DNA of 63,831 nucleotides, counting the filler, from Octopus bimaculoides (taxonomy: Eukaryota): NCBI RefSeq assembly GCF_001194135.2. It is 5 parts of 5 records of this genome, joined end to end, with 100 filler letters (N's around TTAATTAATTAA, not from the genome) between each part and the next. Parts side by side here need not be neighbours in the genome. Positions count along the whole stretch, not along the records: positions 1 to 23,182 come from NC_068985.1; 4 more parts are not named here. One strand, given 5' to 3'. The notes beneath the pieces were generated by a model. It searched no databases, had not been told where the DNA came from, and saw only the letters and a list, made by a program, of their open reading frames with translations. Position 1 is the first letter of the stretch, and the number at the start of each line of letters is the position of its first letter. The position numbers and the translations under genes are program-made. Below are positions 1-14,339 of this stretch, piece by piece.

Positions 1-43
<43 letters not shown>

Positions 44-538
44 TACATCCATGCACACGTTCACACTTCTCGTTGCGCATTGCTTTGCTCCATGTATACA
101 TTACTGATATGAATTGTATCAAACTGCATTCAAACACGTAAGCATACACTAATACACACACACACACACACGCATACACACACACTCACACACACACGCA
201 TACACACACACTCACACACACACCACCAGCAGAAATGAAAGCATATACATATATATTTATACGCTCAAATGTTGACACAAGCATTTCTACAATTAAAAAC
301 GCCCACTTGTTGCCATTTCTACTGAAGATAAATTAAATCCCAACAGACATTTAGACATTGTTTGTCTCAAATATATTTACATGCAAGAATACAAATATAT
401 TCATCGTATACATGTACACACATACATGCATAAATACATACATACATACATGCATATATATTTGCGAATGTGTGTGCGTTCACGCATATACGTTTATATA
501 TGTATGTGTGTATCACTGTCTCTGTCTGTCTGTCTGTT

Positions 539-591
<53 letters not shown>

Positions 592-628
592 GCATATATA
601 TACATATATATTTATAAGCGGTATATAT

Positions 629-684
<56 letters not shown>

Positions 685-724
685 GTATATGCAGCATATA
701 CATATATACATACATATACATTTG

Positions 725-755
<31 letters not shown>

Positions 756-896
756 ATGTATATATGTATATATATATATATGTGTATATATATATATGTA
801 TATANNNNNNNNNNNNNNNNNNNNNNNNNNNNNNNNNNNNNNNNNNNNNNNNNNNNNNNNNNNNNNNNNNNNNNNNNNNNNNNNNNNNNNNNNNNN

Positions 897-946
<50 letters not shown>

Positions 947-960
947 TACACACACGAACA
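1..960. repeat. Compound (TA)n/(CA)n/(CT)n microsatellites
   Basis: Seen directly. Explains the YI/HT/CV ORFs. Confidence 0.95.
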
Positions 961-3900
961 CGCATAAATATGAGAATAAATAAATCACAAAGGAGCGGGG
1001 ATTACGTAATCAACGTCTTTAGCTTGCAGCTGTTTCTGCAGCAAGATGCAATGCACTCAACGCTCAATGCTATGTGTTCTACCATTACTTTACAGCTTCC
1101 CCGAAGCTTCTAAAATTAAGTACATGTTTATCTAGGAAACCATTTAAATATATACATACACAGACCTAGGACTGTGGCTCTGCTGTGCCACCACCTCGAA
1201 TACATTCATGCCAGTACATATTTCAAGTTTAGTATTTACTCTGTCGGTGTCTCTTACAGAACCTCTAAGTTACGGGGACGTACATAACGAACCCCCATGT
1301 GGGTGTTGAAGGACAAACATAAGCACAAAGACACACACATACATACGCACATACATACATATATATATATATATACGATAGGCTTCCATACAGTTTCCGT
1401 CTACCAGATTGAAAATGAATATAGCTAAGAGTAAGGTGATGAGATGTTCCAGAGATGGAATTGCTGGTAGGATGGACGTGAGTACAAACGGTGAGATATC
1501 TGAAATAAACTCGACTGCTCACACAACAGAGAATACTAAAAATGAAACCGACCGCTCTCAAAAATTATGTAAAGAAGAAAAACAAAAAAAAAAAAAACGG
1601 AAAAATCATCCAGAACACTTGTCTGGTACCTGATCGATCCTAATGGTTGTCATGAAATGTGGAGGTGGCTGTAGAAAATTTAGTAACAGTAATGAATAGT
1701 TTATCTTTATCAAATACAAACCAAAGTTAACAAATTCCCTATTCAAAATAATTTCAAAGGCAGAGCTAATAATAATAATGAGTTCGACTCAGGAATTTTT
1801 AAATGAATAGCATGAGACCTTTTGGTTTTCTCTTCTCTTAAATTCCGGCCTTCCGTTAATATTCCTATTGTTTTAATTCGGTGTATAGATGTATGTATAT
1901 ATGTAAGTATACTGTATAGTGTTAATATGTATGTATAATATATANNNNNNNNNNNNNNNNNNNNNNNNNNNNNNNNNNNNNNNNNATAAAATAAAAATAT
2001 GTTAGTGTTATTTAATTTCTGAAAGGTTTTGGTGCCGTTTGTTTATGTAGTTTGATTTCTTTATCCAGCAGTTTCTACTAAGGTAGAGACGCGAGTAAAA
2101 TTAATAATAGATAAACGAAAATAAAAGTTTGGAAACAACCAAAAAGGGAGATAATGTGTGTGCGTATAGATGAAATTTACAGAAAAAACAAAAGACGAAG
2201 ACAGATGTATAAACAACAAACAGGCGTATTAGTTTAACGCTCGGGAAGGTGAGAAAGTCTTTTACGTTTCGAGCCTACGCTCTTCAACAGAAAGGAACAC
2301 GAGATAATAAACAGAGAGAGAGAATAAAAGGATTTTTGGAGCTAGCAGTCAGTCATGGCGTACGCAAACACACGCACACATCACGCACGCGCGCAATCAC
2401 ACACACGCAATCACACACACGCACACACACGCGCGCACATATATGTATATCCAACTGCCAGGATAACTTTGCCCAAATTTGCCCATCGGGTTTACTTCAA
2501 CTCGTAATACTAGTGGGTTTATATGCAATGTGTCGTAAATAGTTACAGACGATAAATTGTTGCTGGCGACCAATTGAAACAGGAATTGGTACGTACGTTC
2601 GTATAATATTACCATATTTTTCTGTCCATAAACATATTGTACAGATGTGTAGCGAATGTAGTCGGGCCACAATATGGATTGTGTGTGTGTGTATGTGTGT
2701 GCGCGCGCCTTCGGAAATATGCATATAAAGATATACACAAATATGCTCTTTCATATACACAAACATGCGCACAAACACATCCTCTTTATATTTGTAAATA
2801 TTTATGTGTGCAGTCACACATGCATACACAAAGACAAACTTAAACATACATATGTACAAATTGTTATAAGATTAGATACGCTAAGGGAAACCCATTCATA
2901 GAACTGGTTTATTAAACCCAATATTTACACTCGATACTTTTGTATGCAATGAACAGAGGAAAACCTTTTTTATATTGTAAAACCTTCTAAAACATGCGCA
3001 CATACGTATATTATTTCTTAATACATATATACATATAGATACGCATGCATACATACATACATGCATACATACATACATACATACATATATACATACATAT
3101 ATGTGTGTATGTATGTATACACACACACCCACGTACACACCCACGCACACACATATACCAGTATATATGTATGTGTAAACGTTTCCATATATATATATAT
3201 ATATATATATGTATATGCACATAAACCNNNNNNNNNNNNNNNNNNNNNNNNNNNNNNNNNNNNNNNNNNNNNNNNNNNNNNNNNNNNNNNNNNNNNNNNN
3301 NNNNNNNNNNNNNNNNNNNNNNNNNNNNNNNNNNNNNNNNNNNNNNNNNNNNNNNNNNNNNNNNNNNNNNNNNNNNNNNNNNNNNNNNNNNNNNNNNNNN
3401 NNNNNNNNNNNNNNNNNNNNNNNNNNNNNNNNNNNNNNNNNNNNNNNNNNNNNNNNNNNNNNNNNNNNNNNNNNNNNNNNNNNNNNNNNNNNNNNNNNNN
3501 NNNNNNNNNNNNNNNNNNNNNNNNNNNNNNNNNNNNNNNNNNNNNNNNNNNNNNNNNNNNNNNNNNNNNNNNNNNNNNNNNNNNNNNNNNNNNNNNNNNN
3601 NNNNNNNNNNNNNNNNNNNNNNNNNNNNNNNNNNNNNNNNNNNNNNNNNNNNNNNNNNNNNNNNNNNNNNNNNNNNNNNNNNNNNNNNNNNNNNNNNNNN
3701 NNNNNNNNNNNNNNNNNNNNNNNNNNNNNNNNNNNNNNNNNNNNNNNNNNNNNNNNNNNNNNNNNNNNNNNNNNNNNNNNNNNNNNNNNNNNNNNNNNNN
3801 NNNNNNNNNNNNNNNNNNNNNNNNNNNNNNNNNNNNNNNNNNNNNNNNNNNNNNNNNNNNNNNNNNNNNNNNNNNNNNNNNNNNGGGTGGGGGGGCACCA

Positions 3901-4593
3901 CAAAATCTTGAGCAATCTCCGTTCTAACAGTGGTGCAGAGCTCTTTTTCCTTGTAAGGATCTGGAAGCCCTGGAGAATCAACTCGAATGACGTGAATCCC
4001 ATTTATAAACTAGATTAATATCTGTGGATATGGATAGTCCTCTGTGAAACTTCTGCGAAATTATCGATAGAAACATACTTGGTTGCCAATTACTTGTAAA
4101 AGAGAAGACAATGTTTGGAACTGCATCTTCAAAATTCGTCTTATCGCTTGAATTAATTGAGTCAGCTGAAATGTCAATTCCAGAAGCTGACACGTGTACC
4201 AACATAATCAGTGATAGATCTACATTAATGACGATTTCTGCTGAAACTGTCCGCCTACAACTGATTTATAGATGGACAGGGGACGAAAAAGGCGGTCGAA
4301 TATCGAAGTGCAGAGAGATACGAAATTGTGCAAGTATGTAATAGTGAGAAAGATAGATAGAAAGTTAGGGAGAAAGAGAAGCAGAGGGAAAGAGAGAAGG
4401 GAGAGAACTAGTACGTAACTTTGACGTGAAAGTGGTACGAAAGATAAGAAGAAGGGAAGAGAACTGGAAGCAGAGAAATCTTACAATGAGGAACATGAAA
4501 AAGGAGTACAATGGTAAAACTAACAGATCAGCACTGTGGTGGGAGTGGAGGAGAGGTGGGAGATACATACAAAGAAAGGAGGCTTCAGAAGTT

Positions 4594-4634
<41 letters not shown>

Positions 4635-4980
4635 NNNNNNNNNNNNNNNNNNNNNNNNNNNNNNNNNNNNNNNNNNNNNNNNNNNNNNNNNNNNNNNNNN
4701 NNNNNNNNNNNNNNNNNNNNNNNNNNNNNNNNNNNNNNNNNNNNNNNNNNNNNNNNNNNNNNNNNNNNNNNNNNNNNNNNNNNNNNNNNNNNNNNNNNNN
4801 NNNNNNNNNNNNNNNNNNNNNNNNNNNNNNNNNNNNNNNNNNNNNNNNNNNNNNNNNNNNNNATATATACAAATATATATATAGTAGACGCATACCCGCA
4901 AGTAGCTATAACTCGATACGTATACTAACAGTTTGTAGTACGATAAAACAAACACACACACTCAACACAAACACTCAACA

Positions 4981-5027
<47 letters not shown>

Positions 5028-5797
5028 ACACATACACACACAAAACATACACACACAAATCATACACACACCCGTCACTTTTCTGCCTTACTTCTACAAA
5101 TGAAATCTTGTCCCACAAGATGACTGTTGAAAAGACCTGGTGCACTAATTGTATGTTATACAAGAAGATTATACAGAATATATTTCTTCCTTGACCCAAA
5201 TACTTGCTCGACAACTCAACTACGCCATCAGAACAGTCAATATCTATCTCTCCTTCTCACGTTCCCACTCTCACTTTATCCATCTGTCTTTTACTCTGTC
5301 CCTCTCTCTCTTTCTCTTCTGCTCTGTCTCATTCATTTTTTTTTTATGTTGCTACATGCGTATCCTTTGACAAGTAAGTCCTTCTCTCCACCACTTCGCC
5401 TATCTTTACTGGCCAGTTTTCAAAGAACAACAAGAATATATCGAGTAGAATGCCGTAGAAAAAAGATAAAGAAGAAGGAAATAAAAGCAAAAAAAAACAA
5501 AAAAAAAATGAAGATTTAGAAATAAAACAAGATCAAGAAGGAGACAACCAAGAAGGAAATTAAAACAGATTTGAGAAAAGAGATAAAGTCCAACGGACAA
5601 AGTAAATAAACTTGAGAGGTGTAGTAAAATAAACAAACGTATAGTAATAACAACGGACAGCTGTAATAACCAGAAGGTATCTACCCTCCTACATGGCCAA
5701 TAATAAACGAGAGATATCTGTGACCGAGAGATACTTGTCACTCAAGATCATAAGAACGTCGTTTCGATTCTTAAGCCGAGCAATAAGTGTAAGCACG

Positions 5798-5835
<38 letters not shown>

Positions 5836-6023
5836 TTACTACCCACAAGGGGCTACACACAGAGGGGACAAACAAGGACAGACAAACGGACGTGTGTGTG
5901 TGTAAGTATGGATGGAAGGACGTCAGTGTTCAGTTTTATTTCAATATTTCTTGCCAACAGAGGAAGAGCCGGTTTCTAACCTAGATCCAAGGCTCCTTCA
6001 CTGGAATTTCAACATCAACAACA

Positions 6024-6262
6024 TTATTTAACACTGATCTTAAGTATCGCTCAATGCAGATTATGGATAATCTAACTATCAGTTATTACTGGTCACACGT
6101 ACGACTCAGTTGTTCATGGAGAAATCTTAGTTATTACAAGTCATAATAACTAAGATTTCTCCATGATTCGTAACAACTGAGTCGTACGTGTGACCAGTAA
6201 TAACTAATAGTTAGATTATCCATAATCTGCATTGAATGATACTTAAGATCAGTATTAAATAA
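6024..6262. repeat. Near-perfect ~240-bp palindrome (fold-back/MITE-like)
   Basis: Arms TTATTTAACACTGATCTTAAGTATC...GAAATCTTAGTTATTA and TAATAACTAAGATTTC...GATACTTAAGATCAGTATTAAATAA, with a 7-nt loop, one 6-nt bulge and few mismatches. Confidence 0.95.
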
Positions 6263-6683
6263 GTAATACAATATTCTGTGATAACAGAATGATCTATGGT
6301 TTGTAATAAAAGAGAGTTACTTATGACTTGTAATAACAGAGAAATTATTGATTATTTCATCAACTTTTTTTTTCATCAATAACTGTGATGTCTGTCAAGA
6401 ACTGTATTGTCTGATTCACTTTCTAGGTCAATAAAAGATGCTTGGTTCGATCCCCGCTAGGGTATGCTGTACAGCTCATTCGTTCATAAATAAGAACTGA
6501 TAAATGTTGCTTATAAAATAATCTTAGATATGAACACACACACACACACTCACGCACACACACACATACACACACACACACACACACGTACACATACACA
6601 TATTCATTCAGGTGATATTATAACTTCCTATGTCTTCATTTTTGGCTTCTTTCTTTCTGTATGTCTTCTGTCTGTATACATAC

Positions 6684-6719
<36 letters not shown>

Positions 6720-6999
6720 CACCGTTTGTTATCTCCCCCTTTTCTTAGCTCTCCTGAAAAAAGAATTTCTAACTTCCGGTCAGCCATTGTTATGATCAGC
6801 CATTATTATGATTGACCGTTGACTGGACACTATTCAATTTTTTTTCTCCGTGTTTTTCTCCTTGTCTCCGTATTCTTTCTGTTGAAGAGCGTAGCTCGAA
6901 ACGTCAAAGACTTTCCGTATTCCCGAGCGTCATACTAATACATCCTTTTGTTATTTACACCACCTGTCCTCGTCTGTTGTTGTTTTTTCGTACATTCTC

Positions 7000-7035
<36 letters not shown>

Positions 7036-7055
7036 GTATATATATACATGTATTC

Positions 7056-7094
<39 letters not shown>

Positions 7095-7244
7095 TGTATA
7101 TGTATATATACTTACATACTAACACACATACGCACACACAGGTATATACATATAGGCGCGCCCACACAGACATATATTCATATATATATACAAACATTTG
7201 TAGATGTACTTAGAAATATATATATGTACTTATATGCACAGTAT

Positions 7245-7294
<50 letters not shown>

Positions 7295-8127
7295 ATGTGC
7301 TATGTGCGTATCTGTGACAATTTATACATGAAGGTATACAATTTATACATTAGAGAGACTGAGAAAATGTGCCCGGATGAATGAGAACAGCTCTGTTAGT
7401 TCTTTACACGCGAGTTAGTATTTAAATCTCATATGTCGTATTGAAAACTCTGATATGAAAGGACGGAATATGTTAAAATGACATTTTATAGAGACTTCAT
7501 TGAATAAATTGTGGACTGACAATGTTAAACAACAGTGCTCCAGTTGTTTTCGTCCCTGAGAAACAACATTGGCGTCAATCTATGTCGACACTCAGTTCAA
7601 TAACCTGTTTACACGGGAACAAAACCAAAGCAGCCATTGAAAAATCTTTCAAAAACTCACCAGACTGTTGAATAATGAATGCACTAACTTTATAAATACA
7701 ACCGGAAGTTTTCATAGCACACGCGCTCCTTAGTGACTTGAACTACTCATAGCAAATGTTGAAACATACTTTCAATTGTATATTTATCTAAGTAAAGCCT
7801 ACTATACACAGAAAATCCATTTTCTTCTTTGGGCAATCGTTTGCTTTTGTGTTAAGTTGAGCCAATGAAATCATTCATAAGTTTTTGGTGTTTTTGTCTC
7901 CTAAGTTTACAGTTCTTTTCACTCCTCTTTCTGTTGGACTTTATAACAAACTTCTCTGTAATTTCATATATATGGTCTCACACAGTCTGACGCTGATTTT
8001 GACTGAGAATTACGACAGAGGTAAAAGTGGTTGTTGAAATACTCAACCTCTTAATCCAGTGAGTAGATCCGTTCAGTTGATAACGAACGAAGATCCGTTT
8101 ATCATTTGCTTATATTTATAAACACAC

Positions 8128-8295
8128 ACGAGGGGTGCTGAAAAGTTCCTGGCTTTGGGTAAAAGAAAATACAGGAGGATAAGTCAATTATGATTTTATT
8201 CAACATGTTCCGCTCTCAGATTCACACACTCATTGGAGCGGTCCTTCAGTTTTTCTAAGCCCTGTAAAAGAACTCAGAATGTTGGGCCTTCGACC
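8128..8295. mobile_element. Mariner terminal fragment
   Basis: CGAGGGGTGCTGAAAAGTTCCTGGC TIR-like start followed by TTTTATTCAACA...CAGATTCACACAC...GCGGTCCTTCAG, typical of a mariner end. Recognised from memory only. Confidence 0.55.
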
Positions 8296-9782
8296 ACTTG
8301 ATAAGTGCCAACGCACGAAACTCTTGGACCTTGATTCACTCTGTTGCTTCTGCTAAATATTAATACATATATAAATATATATATATATATATATACATAG
8401 GTAGATGGGTAGCAAAACAGATGAATAAATATAACTATCGGTATATTTTATTGAACTTTTGGATGAAATTAAAACTACGTAAGTATAGAAACGTTTTAAA
8501 AGCTTCCGTTTTTGACCTAGTTTCTTATAATTTAGAAACTGTTCGATCGATCTTCTCTTAGAATCATTTCTACACTTGAATCTTTACTGAGTGACGTGCT
8601 ATAAGTTATTCTAGACAAAACGACAGTGAGGCCGTATAAGTCCGATAAACACTTATTCTTCTCCTTTTCCTTCTCCTCCTCCTCCTATTCTCCTCCTCCT
8701 GATCCCCCAGCTCCTCGCTCACCATGGCGTTAATCAATTGCAAAGTTGGCCGCGCGTATTCATTAACCAGGTCTCCACCATCACCGCGAATTTGATATTA
8801 AATCTACATCGCTGTGTAAACATTGTCGAGCGTAGACGCATCGCATTTACAGTTTACACAAAGTAGTGCTTAAGACGTTCTTCTGGTAACCAGAGGAAAG
8901 TTATCGAATGTCGATACAACTCGATTCAAAGAGGCAGAATTCATATATATGAATATATATATATATATATATATATATANNNNNNNNNNNNNNNNNNNNN
9001 NNNNNNNNNNNNNNNNNNNNNNNNNNNNNNNNNNNNNNNNNNNNNNNNNNNNNNNNNNNNNNNNNNNNNNNNNNNNNNNNNNNNNNNNNNNNNNNNNNNN
9101 NNNNNNNNNNNNNNNNNNNNNNNNNNNNNNNNNNNNNNNNNNNNNNNNNNNNNNNNNNNNNNNNNNNNNNNNNNNNNNNNNNNNNNNNNNNNNNNNNNNN
9201 NNNNNNNNNNNNNNNNNNNNNNNNNNTTCATCTCAGTAGGATTCGAACTCAGGCTGTAAAGAACTGGAAGAAATACAGCAAAACATTTTTTCCGGCTTTC
9301 TGATAATTTTGCAAAACAGTCAAATGTGGAAAAAAAAAATTAATAAAGAAACAACTAAATAAAGGGCGGATAATACGAAAGACATCGTTGTAAATTACGT
9401 GGATTGTAAATACAATGTGTAAATACAGTTTTATATAGCAACATAAAGGACACTACAGCTTACCTCCTCTTAAAGTGTATCTTGTTTATAAAAACAGAAA
9501 TTGGTGAATGAATCAATGCAAATCACAGCATTTAGTAAAATTATAGCTGATACGAGAAAATTATTAAGGATATTTATAGATAGATAACTCGTATATTCAA
9601 TCTTAAATCCACACAAAGTCGAATATTTAAACAGAATCAAAATCAATTATTACAACTTCCAAAATGAATACAACTTAAATTCTATTTCAAAACTATCATA
9701 GATTTTTCACTATCAAATTAAATGAAAATGTCTTCCCGTTCTCTGCTATCAACTTTTCTTCTTAACATATCATGCCAGTAAC

Positions 9783-9993
9783 GCAGCGAGCTGGCAGAAA
9801 CTTTAACACGCTGGGTGATATGCTTAGCGGTATTTCGTCTGTCTTTACGTTCTGAGTTCAAATACCGCTGAGGCTAACTTTGCCTTTCATCCTTTCGGGG
9901 TCGATAAATTAAGTACCAGTTGCGTACTGGAATCGATCTAACCGACTGGCCCCATCCCCCAAAATTTCGGGCCTTGTGCCTAGAGTAGAAAAA
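9783..9993 (+). mobile_element. SINE family A, near full length
   Basis: GCGAGCTGGCAGAAAC head, TTCTGAGTTCAAAT B-box, TTTGCCTTTCATCCTTTCGGGGTCGATAAATTAAGTACCAG body shared with 19545, 42196 and 45046. Confidence 0.85.
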
Positions 9994-10020
9994 AAGAAAA
10001 GGACACATCATGCTGGTGAA

Positions 10021-10095
10021 TGTGCATGGTCTAGTGGTTAGGGTGCTGCACTCATGACGAAAGGTTGTAGTTTCGATTCCCGGTCCTGGTAGGTT
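10021..10095 (+). mobile_element. tRNA-like SINE head (family C)
   Basis: TGGTCTAGTGGTTAGG A-box and GTTTCGATTCC B-box-like. Similar heads at 46432 and 58441. No complete cloverleaf. Confidence 0.6.
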
Positions 10096-11052
10096 GCATA
10101 GCATATTCGGATATACATATTTTATCCTTATAAAAGATTAAGAGCATACTAAATAAAGTGTTGTTGAGTCTAGTTGTGAAAAAACTAAAACTGACGCGGC
10201 TAACGGTTATTTGAAAATATAAGTGAAAAATGCTTAAGAAACACTCCCTCTATATAAAAATAAGTAAAGTAATATACAATCCAAATAAAGCATTTATCAA
10301 GGAAGTAATATAGAGATGTCCAATGGGACAGCATAGTAATGTTTGAATTAGGATATGACTTGTCAGATATAAGTAATATATAAGCAATATAAGGTATGGT
10401 GTATATTTACAGAAGTTATTTTTAAGAAAAAAGACATTTTTGTGCGAGAATAAAAATAAAAACTAGTTAATATAGTTTTTATTAGGCTACTTGCATGCAA
10501 ACGGAAAGAATAGAGTTATTAGAGAATAGCTCTATATTATGGAAAAAAAAATTTTTAGTGTAGAAACTTATATTCATTTGTGTGAATTAAATATAAGATA
10601 AAGAAATAAAAATAGAAGTATAGTTGTTAATAATACAGAATTAAGATAGTAAATACTTGCTGTGGCTAAAAATATTGACAACAAATAAAAAGACTGTTCC
10701 AGTAAAATGAAAATGTAAGGTATTCGAAAGGCTAAGAAATTAACAATGTAGGGGAAATAAAGCGGAGACAAAGTCGTAAGAATGTTTTAAAAAAAAAATC
10801 TATAATTATCGGTATTTAGTAGGTTGACTATATTTTTTATAAATAATAAAAAATAGAATAAGATTTAATATGTAATTAATTTAATTTAATTTAATTAATG
10901 TCTAATTATTCTACCATGTTATTTACATGTTAATATTATATTCGAAACGATCGTATGCAGGTATTAAATTAAAAAAAAAAATTTAACATCTTTTCTTCTC
11001 CATCTTTTCTCCTTAAAATCGGGATAACTGAGGTCCATCTGAGAAATGAAGA

Positions 11053-11194
11053 CCGCGAGGTGGGATGGCTCTTGCATCGAGCGTTACTGGCCATTCTCCG
11101 CGGCCACGCCTTTGAAATTATGTCCGCGAGGTGAGATGGCTCTTGCATCGAGTGTTACTGGCCATTCTCCGCGGCTACGCCTTTGCAATTATGT
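11053..11194. repeat. Two-copy 71-bp GC-rich tandem repeat
   Basis: CCGCGAGGTGGGATGGCTCTTGCATCGAG...TTATGT twice, with 4 substitutions. Confidence 0.95.
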
Positions 11195-13795
11195 TCGTTA
11201 CCCCATCTATCTCCTGTTGCCTAATCCCACCTTTGTTCTTTTTTTTGTTTCCTTAGTGAGGTAATTATGGATGTTTTTCTCGATTATTTGATCCTTTCTA
11301 CTTTTAAAGTTTTCTTTTTCTTTTTTTTCTTCCTCTAAAAATATGTTGTGGTGTATACATACATTAAGAGCAAATTCTGCACAAAATCCATTCCAGGATA
11401 TCAAACGATTCGGTTTTTAAGATTCCAATGTATAGCGTACATTTACATACATGTACAAGCTGGCATGTGAGTGTTCTACAAGAGAAAAACCTGTACTTAC
11501 TGAACTCTTAGCCGGATATCGTACGATTTAATTTTTAAAATTTTCATGTATGACGTGTACTTACATATCTGATAAGGCAGGCGCACAGCTGCTTGTACCG
11601 TTTTGTATATGTTTGCCAAGAGAAAAATCTGAAATCAGAACGCTTAGCGGGAAATTATGCTATTTAGCTTTTAAGATTATACTTCATGAATAAAGAATGT
11701 CTAATGCGTGTATAGTGATTTTTGTCCATCATTTGTTCTTTTTACGTGTAGTACAGACAAGAGACTATCTCATCAATAATGTGCTAGAGTTAATAAATAA
11801 GACACAGCTTATATGATTCCAACGTTGGTATTAGCTGAATCGCTGAAGATATGAAATGAAATATAAACATGATGAGGATGCCTTTGTAAAGCAAATTAGG
11901 CCTTTATGACGTCAGACCATTTATTATAAAAATCTGACTATTATCACGTCATAATAGAAATAGTTGAAAAGTTTAGAGTTCCAAATTAGCATTTTTTTCT
12001 TTGAAGAAAGTTCCATTTCTCTATTCAGGATTTTCTCACTTTCAAAAATTTCTACAAATATTTCTTGAAAATTAATACACGGGTTTGAAATTTATAGAAA
12101 ACAGAAAAGAAGCGGGAAAACTTTGCACCGAGAATGTCAATGGCAGGCAAACAATAACATTCTTATAAAGGAAATTCCATGTTTCTGCAAACAACTCTTC
12201 GTAATATCATCTACTGCTTCGTCAGCTACTGTTTGATCATCGGTCATTGCGTTACCAAAGTGTGTATACGTGTGTGCTCGCACTCTTCTGCAAGTATGTG
12301 CGAACGTGTATATACGCACGCAACCCAATTTTGCACATGTAATTTCTATATTCTTTTCAGACATATTGCAAACGATTCTGATGAAAACTGTGACATGTTG
12401 CTGTTGACGATGCTGTTGATTAGATTCAGATCAACCCTACTTGAATTGACTTAAGACCAAAGGCAGTCCAATAGTGACCACCCTGTCCTTATGGTAGTCA
12501 GACGAACATCAGCTATTACGCGCTTATCTTATTTAAGACAGTGAGACTTTAGTTTGAAAAAAATTTTGATTGCTACTTATTGTTGACTAACCATGTAGTA
12601 TTTCCATATCTAGATTGTATTGAAGAGATCTTTGGTATATTCGTCAACTTATAAATCATTAGATGTTTTTTCCTTTTGCTGTTTCTCTCCACGCCCGTTC
12701 TCTGGTTTGAAAATTGATCATGTACAACGCGACGCACTCAACAGTAACAATGCTTTCCGCTATTTATAACGGTAAACAATTTCCACAGTTTAAATCTATT
12801 TGAAGGAGTATTCATGACAAAGAAGTAAGCATCTCAGCTAGAGAGCCAGTACATCATCTCTAAAGGTATAAAAAGGGGTAACTATTTCTTTTAGCTGAGA
12901 ATTCCAGCTTTTCTTATAATACGACCAATTGTGCCCTTTAACGACAATATAGGGTACAATTATGACTAAATATAACAAATAGTAATGGTATTGACGTATA
13001 CTAGAAAACACCCACAATGTAGAAATCTCTTCGTACATTGTTCCAGTCTCATGTTCAAATCTACCTTTCAATTATGTATATGTATGTAAGCATATATCAT
13101 CATACAAATGATACATATAGTTACAGATATAAACACTCTTGTAATCACAGAGTTTTAGCTGTAAACACTCGTGTGTATACATACATACATACATGTATTG
13201 AATGTCTTTATAGACATATAATCTAAGAGATATTGCCAGGGGCAATATCAGAAAAGTAATTAGCTGCAAGCTGGATAATAATGTACATAGGTTGATGACA
13301 TTTTAAATATATCAATTGCTACTGCTTCATGTCCTGAAGCGTATTATTTCCGTAACAATTGCGATAATTAATATGGAGCTTTCATCTTTCTATTTTACCA
13401 ACCTGTTGACAAAAACGAACTAATGGCGTACAACTTTTCATTTTGACACCACGAATGTAAATTGACAGCATTTGTGAGATAGTTATTATTAAGTCCACAA
13501 TTTGAGTTCAGTTCACACCGAGACGGCATTTGTTCCTACTGGATTGATAAATAACTGGTTGTTTACTAGCACCACAATTTGCAACATTAAACCCGTAGGC
13601 AGCCTCAGTGTGGTTAGATGATCAGCTGGAAATAAGTTAAATCTCCCTCAAATTACGCACTACAGACGGACGCAATGTATTATAGTTCTGGGTGAATTGC
13701 ATCCGGGGTGAAGACTGGATGACCACGTCTTTGATTAGAGGTTTATTTAATGAGAGCTGACCCAGGTTTAAAAAAACAATAAAAAAATCTTTATA

Positions 13796-14238
13796 TTCTT
13801 TTACTTGTTTCAGTCATTTGACTGCAGTCATGCTGGAGCACCGCCTTAAAGAGTTTTAGTCGAAGAAATTGAGCCCAGGACTTAGTAGTCTTTGTGAGCC
13901 TAGTACTTATTCTATCGGGCTCTTTTGCCGAACCGCTAAGTTACGGGGACATAAACACACCAGCGTCAGTTGTCAAGTGATGGCGGNNNNNNNNNNNNNN
14001 NNNNNNNNNNNNNNNNNNNNNNNNNNNNNNNNNNNNNNGGGGGGGGGGGAGACTAACATAGACACACACATACATATATATGCATATACGACGTGCTTCT
14101 TTCAGTTTCCGTCTTCCAAATCCACTCACAAGGCTTTGGTCGGTCCGAGGTTATAGTAGAAGACTCTTGCCGAAGATACCACGCAGTGGTACTTAATCCG
14201 GAACCATGTTGTTGGGAAGCAAGCTTCTTACGACACAC
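13796..14238 (-). mobile_element. SINE family B (octopus OK-like, CORE-containing)
   Basis: TTTTACTTGTTTCAGTCATTTGACTG...GCTGGAGCACCGCC tail and TTTCAGTTTCCGTC...AAGGCTTTGGTCGG...GAACCATGT head (reverse complement). Same family as 34491, 45605 and 62080. Confidence 0.85.
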
Positions 14239-14339
14239 ATTTGCATTTGCAAAGCCTCCAAGAGCAGCAGGTTTCTTCTGAATAACTGCAGAATAAAAAC
14301 ACGAACCAGGAAGAATTTAAGAGTATTTGGCAGCTACTT

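Noticed and set aside
10021-10095. tRNA-like sequences (also 34491, 46432, 58441)
   Set aside because: A/B boxes continue into SINE bodies and no full cloverleaf forms. They are SINE heads, not tRNA genes.
11040-11075. Minus-strand CCACCTCGCGGTC resembling antigenomic HDV L3/P3
   Set aside because: No P1, P2 or J4/2 partners found.
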